Source: Auanema rhodensis
Lineage: Eukaryota; Animalia; Nematoda
NCBI GenBank assembly: GCA_964057225.1
Contig: OZ059896.1
Span: 19,344,001 to 19,408,000, forward strand
Direction of reading: 5' to 3'
Length of the DNA: 64,000 bases
Notes under the pieces: generated by a model
The model's database searches: none
What the model saw: only the letters and a program-made list of their open reading frames with translations
What the model was told of the DNA's origin: nothing
Part shown: one piece after another, positions 1 to 11,200 of the stretch
Numbering within the stretch: position 1 is the stretch's first letter
Layout of the letters: each line of letters starts with the position of its first letter
Translations under genes and position numbers: made by a program

Positions 1-52
1 ACGCTTAATACAAAAATTAGTTATGATCGTTTGAAAAATGATGCATTAGTGT

Positions 53-80
53 ATGTTGAGTTTCCATGTACACTCAACAT
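53..80. other. Monomer dyad 1: 9-bp inverted repeat with 10-nt loop (repeated in every unit)
   Basis: atgttgagt (53-61) is the reverse complement of actcaacat (72-80); loop ttccatgtac. Confidence 0.9.
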
Positions 81-93
81 TGCGTCCAAAAAC

Positions 94-128
94 ATTTTGA
101 CAAAAATTTTTTCGAAAAATTTCAAAAT
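94..128. other. Monomer dyad 2: A/T-tract imperfect palindrome centred on TTCGAA (repeated in every unit)
   Basis: Perfect 12-bp palindrome tttttcgaaaaa (108-119), flanked by attttga (94-100) / tcaaaat (122-128). Confidence 0.85.
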
Positions 129-230
129 AATTTAGCAAAAAGTAGATGTTTTTAGTTTCCTTTTTTCAAGGCAAAGACGATGGACAATGTTATTCAACAA
201 AAAAATTAATTCTTCAGGGTGAAAATCGAG

Positions 231-252
231 GATATAAGTGTGAACTTATATC
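231..252 (+). other. Monomer dyad 3: 9-bp stem with 4-nt GTGA (GNRA-type) loop (repeated in nearly every unit)
   Basis: gatataagt (231-239) / acttatatc (244-252), loop gtga (240-243). It overlaps a second dyad atatca-gt-tgatat (248-261). Confidence 0.9.
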
Positions 253-262
253 AGTTGATATC

Positions 263-329
263 TCGGTGCATTTTTAAGCTAGCGCAAATCTGATAACACA
301 GATCGACGCAGCTTAAAAATCCGCATCGA
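263..329. other. Monomer dyad 4: ~67-nt interrupted hairpin (repeated in every unit)
   Basis: tcggtgc (263-269)/gcatcga (323-329, one G-T); atttttaagct (270-280)/agcttaaaaat (310-320, perfect 11 bp); gcg (282-284)/cgc (307-309); atctg (288-292)/cagat (299-303); loop ataaca. Confidence 0.85.
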
Positions 330-3300
330 ATACACTTTACTACATTGAGAAACGCTTAATACAAAAATTAGTTATGATCGTTTGAAAAATGATGCATTAG
401 TGTATGTTGAGTTTCCATATACACTCAACATTGCTTCCAAAAACATTTTGACAAAAATTTTTTCGAAAAATTTCAAAATAATTTAGCAAAAAGTAGATGT
501 TTTTAGATTCCTTTTTTCAAGGCAAAGACGATGGACAATGTTATTCAACGAAAAAATTAATTCTTCAGGGTGAAAATCGAGGATATAAGTGTGAACTTAT
601 ATCAGTTGATATCTCGGTGCATTTTTAAGCTAGCGCAAATCTGATAACACAGATCGACGCAGCTTAAAAATCCGCATCGATTGCACTATACTACATTGAA
701 AAACGCTTAATACACAAATTAGTTATGATCGTTTGAAAAATGATGCATTAGTGTATGTTGAGTTTCCATGTACACTCAACATTGCTTCCAAAAACATTTT
801 GACAAAAATTTTTTCGAAAAATTTCAAAATAATTTAGCAAAAAGTAGATGTTTTTAGATTCCTTTTTTCAAGGCAAAAACGATGGACAATGTTATTCAAC
901 GAAAAAATTATTTCTTCAGGGTGAAAATCGAGGATATAAGTGTGAACTTATATCAGTTGATATATCGGTGCATTTTTAAGCTAGCGCAAATCTGATAACA
1001 CAGATCGACGCAGCTTAAAATACCGCATCGAATGCACTATACTACATTGAGAAACGCTTAATACAAAAATTAGTTATGATCGTTTGAAAAATGATGCATT
1101 AGTGTATGTTGAGTTTCCATGTACACTCAACATTGCTTCCAAAAACAATTTGACAAAAATTTTTTCGAAAAATTTCAAAATAATTTAGCAAAAAGTAGAT
1201 GTTTTTAGATTCCTTTTTTCAAGGCAAAGACGATGGACAATGTTATTCAACGAAAAAATTAATTCTTCAGGGTGAAAATCGAGGATATAAGTGTGAACTT
1301 ATATCAGTTGATATCTCGGTGCATTTTTAAGCTAGCGCAAATCTGATAACACAGATCGACGCATCTTAAAAATCCGCATCGAATGCACTATACTACATTG
1401 AGAAACGCTTAATACAAAAATTAGTTATGATCGTTTGAAAAATGATGCATTAGTGTATGTTGAGTTTCCATGTACACTCAACATTGCTTCCAAAAACATT
1501 TTGACAAAACTTTTTTCGAAAAATTTCAAAATAATTTAGCAAAAAGTAGATGTTTTTAGATTCCTTTTTTCAAGGCAAAGACGATGGACAATGTTATTCA
1601 ACGAAAAAATTAATTCTTCAGGGTGAAAATCGAGGATATAAGTGTGAACTTATATCAGTTGATATCTCGGTGCATTGTTAAGCTAGCGCAAATCTGATAA
1701 CACAGATCGACGCAGCTTAAAAATCCGCATCGAATGCACTTTACTACATTGAGAAACGCTTAATACAAAAATTAGTTATGATCGTTTGAAAAATGATGCA
1801 TTAGTGTATGTTGAGTTTCCATATACACTCAACATTGCTTCCAAAAACATTTTGACAAAAATTTTTTCGAAAAATTTCAAAATAATTTAGCAAAAAGTAG
1901 ATGTTTTTAGATTCCTTTTTTCAAGGCAAAGACGATGGACAATGTTATTCAACGAAAAAATTAATTCTTCAGGGTGAAAATCGAGGATATAAGTGTGAAC
2001 TTATATCAGTTGATATCTCGGTGCATTTTTAAGCTAGCGCAAATCTGATAACACAGATCGACGCAGCTTAAAAATCCGCATCGAATGCACTATACTACAT
2101 TGAGAAACGCTTAATACAAAAATTAGTTATAATCGTTTGAAAAATGATGCATTAGTGTATGTTGAGTTTCCATGTACACTCAACATTGCTTCCAAAAACA
2201 TTTTGACAAAAATTTTTTCGAAAAATTTCAAAATAATTTAGCAAAAAGTAGATGTTTTTGGATTCCTTTTTTCGAGGCAAAGACGATGGACAATGTTATT
2301 CAACGAAAAAATTAATTCTTCAGGGTGAAAATCGAGGATATAAGTGTGAACTTATATCAGTTGATATCTCGGTGCATTTTTAAGCTAGCGCAAATCTGAT
2401 AACACAGATCGACGCAGCTTAAAATACCGCATCGAATGCACTATAGTACATGGAGAAACGCTTAATACAAAAATTAGTTATGATCGTTTGAAAAATGATG
2501 CATTAGTGTATGTTGAGTTTCCATGTACACTCAACATTGCTTCCAAAAACATTTTGACAAAAATTTTTTCGAAAAATTTCAAAATAATTTAGCAAAAAGT
2601 AGATGTTTTTAGATTCCTTTTTCCAAGGCAAAGACGATGGACAATGTTATTCAACGAAAAAATTAATTCTTCAGGGTGAAAATCGAGGATATAAGTGTGA
2701 ACTTATATCAGTTGATATCTCGGTGCATTTTTAAGCTAGCGCAAATCTGATAACACAGATCGACGCATCTTAAAAATCCGCATCGAATGCACTATACTAC
2801 ATTGAGAAACGCTTAATACAAAAATTAGTTATGATCGTTTGAAAAATGATGCATTAGTGTATGTTGAGTTTCCATGTACACTCAACATTGCTTCCAAAAA
2901 CATTTTGACAAAAATTTTTTCGAAAAATTTCAAAATAATTTAGCAAAAAGTAGATGTTTTTAGATTCCTTTTTTCAAGGCAAAGACGATGGACAATGTTA
3001 TTCAACGAAAAAATTAATTCTTCAGGGTGAAAATCGAGGATATAAGTGTGAACTTATATCAGTTGATATCTCGGTGCATTTTTAAGCTAGCGCAAATCTG
3101 ATAACACAGATCGACGCAGCTTAAAAATCCGCATCGAATGCACTATACTACATTGAGAAACGCTTTATACAAGAATTAGTTATGATCGTTTGAAAAATGA
3201 TGCATTAGTGTATGTTGAGTTTCCATGTACACTCAACATTGCTTCCAAAAACATTTTGACAAAAATTTTTTCGAAAAATTTCAAAATAATTTAGCAAAAA

Positions 3301-5265
3301 GTAGATGTTTTTAGATTCCTTTTTTCAAGGCAAAAACGATGGACAATGTTATTCAACGAAAAAATTATTTCTTCAGGGTGAAAATCGAGGATATAAGTGT
3401 GAACTTATATCAGTTGATATATCGGTGCATTTTTAAGCTAGCGCAAATCTGATAACACAGATCGACGCAGCTTAAAATACCGCATCGAATGCACTATACT
3501 ACATTGAGAAACGCTTAATACAAAAATTAGTTATGATCGTTTGAAAAATGATGCATTAGTGTATGTTGAGTTTCCATGTACACTCAACATTGCTTCCAAA
3601 AACATTTTGACAAAAATTTTTTCGAAAAATTTCAAAATAATTTAGCAAAAAGTAGATGTTTTTAGATTCCTTTTTTCAAGGCAAAGACGATGGACAATGT
3701 TATTCAACGAAAAAATTAATTCTTCAGGGTGAAAATCGAGGATATAAGTGTGAACTTATATCAGTTGATATCTCGGTGCATTTTTAAGCTAGCGCAAATC
3801 TGATAACACAGATCGACGCAGCTTAAAAATCCGCATCGAATGTACTATACTACATTGAGAAACGCTTAATACAAAAATTAGTTATGATCGTTTGAAAAAT
3901 GATGCATTAGTGTATGTTGAGTTTCCATGTACACTCAACATTGCTTCCAAAAACATTTTGACAAAAATTTTTTCGAAAAATTTCAAAATAATTTAGCAAA
4001 AAGTAGATGTTTTTAGATTCCTTTTTCCAAGGCAAAGACGATGGACAATGTTATTCAACGAAAAAATTAATTCTTCAGGGTGAAAATCGAGGATATAAGT
4101 GTGAACTTATATCAGTTGATATCTCGGTGCATTTTTAAGCTAGCGCAAATCTGATAACACAGATCGACGCAGCTTAAAAATCCGCATCGAATGTACTATA
4201 CTACATTGAGAAACGCTTAATACAAAAATTAGTTATGATCGTTTGAAAAATGATGCATTAGTGTATGTTGAGTTTCCATGTACACTCAACATTGCTTCCA
4301 AAAACATTTTGACAAAAATTTTTTCGAAAAATTTCAAAATAATTTAGCAAAAAGTAGATGTTTTTAGATTCCTTTTTCCAAGGCAAAGACGATGGACAAT
4401 GTTATTCAACGAAAAAATTAATTCTTCAGGGTGAAAATCGAGGATATAAGTGTGAACTTATATCAGTTGATATCTCGGTGCATTTTTAAGCTAGCGCAAA
4501 TCTGATAACACAGATCGACGCAGCTTAAAATACCGCATCGAATGCACTATAGTACATGGAGAAACGCTTAATACAAAAATTAGTTATGATCGTTTGAAAA
4601 ATGATGCATTAGTGTATGTTGAGTTTCCATGTACACTCAACATTGCTTCCAAAAACATTTTGACAAAAATTTTTTCGAAAAATTTCAAAATAATTTAGCA
4701 AAAAGTAGATGTTTTTAGATTCCTTTTTCCAAGGCAAAGACGATGGACAATGTTATTCAACGAAAAAATTAATTCTTCAGGGTGAAAATCGAGGATATAA
4801 GTGTGAACTTATATCAGTTGATATCTCGGTGCATTTTTAAGCTAGCGCAAATCTGCTAACACAGATCGACGCATCTTAAAAATCCGCATCGAATGCACTA
4901 TACTACATTGAGAAACGCTTAATACAAAAATTAGTTATGATCGTTTGAAAAATGATGCATTAGTGTATGTTGAGTTTCCATGTACACTCAACATTGCTTC
5001 CAAAAACATTTTGACAAAAATTTTTTCGAAAAATTTCAAAATAATTTAGCAAAAAGTAGATGTTTTTAGATTCCTTTTTTCAAGGCAAAGACGATGGACA
5101 ATGTTATTCAACGAAAAAATTAATTCTTCAGGGTGAAAATCGAGGATATAAGTGTGAACTTATATCAGTTGATATCTCGGTGCATTGTTAAGCTAGCGCA
5201 AATCTGAAAACACAGATCGACGCAGCTTAAAAATCCGCATCGAATGCACTTTACTACATTGAGAA

Positions 5266-8200
5266 ACGCTTAATACAAAAATTAGTTATGATCGTTTGAA
5301 AAATGATGCATTAGTGTATGTTGAGTTTCCATATACACTCAACATTGCTTCCAAAAACATTTTGACAAAAATTTTTTCGAAAAATTTCAAAATAATTTAG
5401 CAAAAAGTAGATGTTTTTAGATTCCTTTTTTCAAGGCAAAGACGATGGACAATGTTATTCAACGAAAAAATTAATTCTTCAGGGTGAAAATCGAGGATAT
5501 AAGTGTGAACTTATATCAGTTGATATCTCGGTGCATTTTTAAGCTAGCGCAAATCTGATAACACAGATCGACGCAGCTTAAAATACCGCATCGAATGCAC
5601 TATAGTACATGGAGAAACGCTTAATACAAAAATTAGTTATGATCGTTTGAAAAATGATGCATTAGTGTATGTTGAGTTTCCATGTACACTCAACATTGCT
5701 TCCAAAAACATTTTGACAAAAATTTTTTCGAAAAATTTCAAAATAATTTAGCAAAGAGTAGATGTTTTTAGATTCCTTTTTTCAAGGCAAAGACGATGGA
5801 CAATGTTATTCAACGAAAAAATTAATTCTTCAGGGTGAAAATCGAGGATATAAGTGTGAACTTATATCAGTTGATATCTCGGTGCATTTTTAAGCTAGCG
5901 CAAATCTGATAACACAGATCGACGCAGCTTAAAAATCCGCATCGAATGCACTATACTACATTGAGAAACGCTTAATACAAGAATTAGTTATGATCGTTTG
6001 AAAAATGATGCATTAGTGTATGTTGAGTTTCCATGTACACTCAACATTGCTTCCAAAAACATTTTGACAAAAATTTTTTCGAAAAATTTCGAAATAATTT
6101 AGCAAAAAGTAGATGTTTTTAGATTCCTTTTTTCAAGGCAAAGACGATGGACAATGTTATTCAACGAAAAAATTAATTCTTCAGGGTGAAAATCGAGGAT
6201 ATAAGTGTGAACTTATATCAGTTGATATCTCGGTGCATTGTTAAGCTAGCGCAAATCTGAAAACACAGATCGACGCAGCTTAAAAATCCGCATCGAATGC
6301 ACTTTACTACATTGAGAAACGCTTAATACAAAAATTAGTTATGATCGTTTGAAAAATGATGCATTAGTGTATGTTGAGTTTCCATATACACTCAACATTG
6401 CTTCCAAAAACATTTTGACAAAAATTTTTTCGAAAAATTTCAAAATAATTTAGCAAAAAGTAGATGTTTTTAGATTCCTTTTTTCAAGGCAAAGACGATG
6501 GACAGAGTTATTCAACGAAAAAATTAATTCTTCAGGGTGAAAATCGAGGATATAAGTGTGAACTTATATCAGTTGATATCTCGGTGCATTTTTAAGCTAG
6601 CGCAAATCTGATAACACAGATCGACGCAGCTTAAAATACCGCATCGAATGCACTATAGTACATGGAGAAACGCTTAATACAAAAATTAGTTATGATCGTT
6701 TGAAAAATGATGCATTAGTGTATGTTGAGTTTCCATGTACACTCAACATTGCTTCCAAAAACATTTTGACAAAAATTTTTTCGAAAAATTTCAAAATAAT
6801 TTAGCAAAGAGTAGATGTTTTTAGATTCCTTTTTTCAAGGCAAAGACGATGGACAATGTTATTCAACGAAAAAATTAATTCTTCAGGGTGAAAATCGAGG
6901 ATATAAGTGTGAACTTATATCAGTTGATATCTCGGTGCATTTTTAAGCTAGCGCAAATCTGATAACACAGATCGACGCAGCTTAAAAATCCGCATCGAAT
7001 GCACTATACTACATTGAGAAACGCTTAATACAAGAATTAGTTATGATCGTTTGAAAAATGATGCATTAGTGTATGTTGAGTTTCCATGTACACTCAACAT
7101 TGCTTCCAAAAACATTTTGACAAAAATTTTTTCGAAAAATTTCAAAATAATTTAGCAAAAAGTAGATGTTTTTAGATTCCTTTTTTTAAGGCAAAGACGA
7201 TGGACAATGTTATTCAACGAAAAAATTAATTCTTTAGGGTGAAAATCGAGGATATAAGTGTGAACTTATATCAGTTGATATCTCGGTGCATTTTTAAGCT
7301 AGCGCAAATCTGATAACACAGATCGACGCAGCTTAAAAATCCGCATCGAATGCACTTTACTACATTGAGAAACGCTTAATACAAAAATTAGTTATGATCG
7401 TTTGAAAAATGATGCATTAGTGTATGTTGAGTTTCCATATACACTCAACATTGCTTCCAAAAACATTTTGACAAAAATTTTTTCGAAAAATTTCAAAATA
7501 ATTTAGCAAAAAGTAGATGTTTTTAGATTCCTTTTTTCAAGGCAAAGACGATGGACAATGTTATTCAACGAAAAAATTAATTCTTCAGGGTGAAAATCGA
7601 GGATATAAGTGTGAACTTATATCAGTTGATATCTCGGTGCATTTTTAAGCTAGCGCAAATCTGATAACACAGATCGACGCAGCTTAAAATACCGCATCGA
7701 ATGCACTATAGTACATGGAGAAACGCTTAATACAAAAATTAGTTATGATCGTTTGAAAAATGATGCATTAGTGTATGTTGAGTTTCCATGTACACTCAAC
7801 ATTGCTTCCAAAAACATTTTGACAAAAATTTTTTCGAAAAATTTCAAAATAATTTAGCAAAGAGTAGATGTTTTTAGATTCCTTTTTTCAAGGCAAAGAC
7901 GATGGACAATGTTATTCAACGAAAAAATTAATTCTTCAGGGTGAAAATCGAGGATATAAGTGTGAACTTATATCAGTTGATATCTCGGTGCATTTTTAAG
8001 CTAGCGCAAATCTGATAACACAGATCGACGCAGCTTAAAATACCGCATCGAATGCACTATAGTACATGGAGAAACGCTTAATACAAAAATTAGTTATGAT
8101 CGTTTGAAAAATGATGCATTAGTGTATGTTGAGTTTCCATGTACACTCAACATTGCTTCCAAAAACATTTTGACAAAAATTTTTTCGAAAAATTTCAAAA

Positions 8201-11200
8201 TAATTTAGCAAAGAGTAGATGTTTTTAGATTCCTTTTTTCAAGGCAAAGACGATGGACAATGTTATTCAACGAAAAAATTAATTCTTCAGGGTGAAAATC
8301 GAGGATATAAGTGTGAACTTATATCAGTTGATATCTCGGTGCATTTTTAAGCTAGCGCAAATCTGATAACACAGATCGACGCAGCTTAAAAATCCGCATC
8401 GAATGCACTATACTACATTGAGAAACGCTTAATACAAAAATTAGTTATGATCGTTTGAAAAATGATGCATTAGTGTATGTTGAGTTTCCATATACACTCA
8501 ACATTGCTTCCAAAAACATTTTGACAAAAATTTTTTCGAAAAATTTCAAAATAATTTAGCAAAAAGTAGATGTTTTTAGATTCCTTTTTTCAAGGCAAAG
8601 ACGATGGACAATGTTATTCAACGAAAAAATTAATTCTTCAGGGTGAAAATCGAGGATATAAGTGTGAACTTATATCAGTTGATATCTCGGTGCATTTTTA
8701 AGCTAGCGCAAATCTGATAACACAGATCGACGCAGCTTAAAATACCGCACCGAATGCACTATAGTACATGGAGAAACGCTTAATACAAAAATTAGTTATG
8801 ATCGTTTGAAAAATGATGCATTAGTGTATGTTGAGTTTCCATGTACACTCAACATTGCTTCCAAAAACATTTTGACAAAAATTTTTTCGAAAAATTTCAA
8901 AATAATTTAGCAAAGAGTAAATGTTTTTAGATTCCTTTTTTCAAGGCAAAGACGATGGACAATGTTATTCAACGAAAAAATTAATTCTTCAGGGTGAAAA
9001 TCGAGGATATAAGTGTGAACTTATATCAGTTGATATCTCGCTGCATTTTTAAGCTAGCGCAAATCTGATAACACAGATCGACGCAGCTTAAAAATCCGCA
9101 TCGAATGCACTATACTACATTGAGAAACGCTTAATACAAAAATTAGTTATGATCGTTTGAAAAATGATGCATTAGTGTATGTTGAGTTTCCATATACACT
9201 CAACATTGCTTCCAAAAACATTTTGACAAAAATTTTTTCGAAAAATTTCAAAATAATTTAGCAAAAAGTAGATGTTTTTAGATTCCTTTTTTCAAGGCAA
9301 AGACGATGGACAATGTTATTCAACGAAAAAATTAATTCTTCAGGGTGAAAATCGAGGATATAAGTGTGAACTTATATCAGTTGATATCTCGGTGCATTTT
9401 TAAGCTAGCGCAAATCTGATAACACAGATCGACGCAGCTTAAAATACCGCATCGAATGCACTATAGTACATGGAGAAACGCTTAATACAAAAATTAGTTA
9501 TGATCGTTTGAAAAATGATGCATTAGTGTATGTTGAGTTTCCATGTACACTCAACATTGCTTCCAAAAACATTTTGACAAAAATTTTTTCGAAAAATTTC
9601 AAAATAATTTAGCAAAGAGTAGATGTTTTTAGATTCCTTTTTTCAAGGCAAAGACGATGGACAATGTTATTCAACGAAAAAATTAATTCTTCAGGGTGAA
9701 AATCGAGGATATAAGTGTGAACTTATATCAGTTGATATCTCGGTGCATTTTTAAGCTAGCGCAAATCTGATAACACAGATCGACGCAGCTTAAAAATCCG
9801 CATCGAATGCACTATACTACATTGAGAAACGCTTAATACAAGAATTAGTTATGATCGTTTGAAAAATGATGCATTAGTGTATGTTGAGTTTCCATGTACA
9901 CTCAACATTGCTTCCAAAAACATTTTGACAAAAATTTTTTCGAAAAATTTCAAAATAATTTAGCAAAAAGTAGATGTTTTTAGATTCCTTTTTTCAAGGC
10001 AAAGACGATGGACAATGTTATTCAACGAAAAAATTAATTCTTTAGGGTGAAAATCGAGGATATAAGTGTGAACTTATATCAGTTGATATCTCGGTGCATT
10101 TTTAAGCTAGCGCAAATCTGATAACACAGATCGACGCAGCTTAAAAATACGCATCGAATGCACTATACTACATTAAGAAACGCTTAATACAAAAATTAGT
10201 TATGATCGTTTGAAAAATGATGCATTAGTGTATGTTGAGTTTCCATGTACACTCAACATTGCTTCCAAAAACATTTTGACAAAAATTTTTTCGAAAAATT
10301 TCAAAAAAATTTAGCAAAAAGTAGATGTTTTTAGATTCCTTTTTTCAAGGCAAAGACGATGGACAATGTTATTCAACGAAAAAATTAATTCTTCAGGGTG
10401 AAAATCGAGGATATAAGTGTGAACTTATATCAGTTGATATCTCGGTGCATTTTTAAGCTAGCGCAAATCTGATAACACAGATCGACGCAGCTTAAAAATC
10501 CGCATCGAATGCACTATACTACATTGAGAAACGCTTAATACAAAAATTAGTTATGATCGTTTGAAAAATGATGCATTAGTGTATGTTGAGTTTCCATATA
10601 CACTCAACATTGCTTCCAAAAACATTTTGACAAAAATTTTTTCGAAAAATTTCAAAATAATTTAGCAAAAAGTAGATGTTTTTAGATTCCTTTTTTCAAG
10701 GCAAAGACGATGGACAATGTTATTCAACGAAAAAATTAATTCTTCAGGGTGAAAATCGAGGATATAAGTGTGAACTTATATCAGTTGATATCTCGGTGCA
10801 TTTTTAAGCTAGCGCAAATCTGATAACACAGATCGACGCAGCTTAAAATACCGCATCGAATGCACTATAGTACATGGAGAAACGCTTAATACAAAAATTA
10901 GTTATGATCGTTTGAAAAATGATGCATTAGTGTATGTTGAGTTTCCATATACACTCAACATTGCTTCCAAAAACATTTTGACAAAAATTTTTTCGAAAAA
11001 TTTCAAAATAATTTAGCAAAAAGTAGATGTTTTTAGATTCCTTTTTTCAAGGCAAAGACGATGGACAATGTTATTCAACGAAAAAATTAATTCTTCAGGG
11101 TGAAAATCGAGGATATAAGTGTGAACTTATATCAGTTGATATCTCGGTGCATTTTTAAGCTAGCGCAAATCTGATAACACAGATCGACGCAGCTTAAAAT

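Noticed and set aside
110-126. CENP-B box-like motif
   Set aside because: TTCG-nnnn-A matches, but the required CGGG is TCAA here.
160-217. Hammerhead ribozyme core (minus-strand CUGAAGA at 217-211; hammerheads are known in newt, cricket and schistosome satellites)
   Set aside because: No stem II closes onto a GAAA, no stems I/III are evident, and the common 215T variant destroys the core G. Plus-strand CUGAUAA (290-296) lacks G8. A cmscan run would settle it.
231-275. Promoter TATA box (gatataag) or intrinsic terminator
   Set aside because: Such motifs are expected by chance at 69% AT, there is no associated gene, and the T-run is not adjacent to the hairpin.
231-282. Helitron 3' end (hairpin followed by CTAG at 279-282)
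   Set aside because: The hairpin is AT-rich and ends ~26 nt upstream of the CTAG, the CTAG lies inside another dyad, and there is no other element evidence.
1-351. 5S rDNA, tRNA or snRNA tandem gene cluster
   Set aside because: No recognisable 5S sequence, cloverleaf or Pol III A/B boxes, and GC content is low. An unknown ncRNA cannot be excluded without Rfam and expression data.
5548-5751. Open frame of ~67 codons across the monomer junction when 346G removes a TGA
   Set aside because: Short, no in-frame ATG and no recognisable protein motif; expected by chance.
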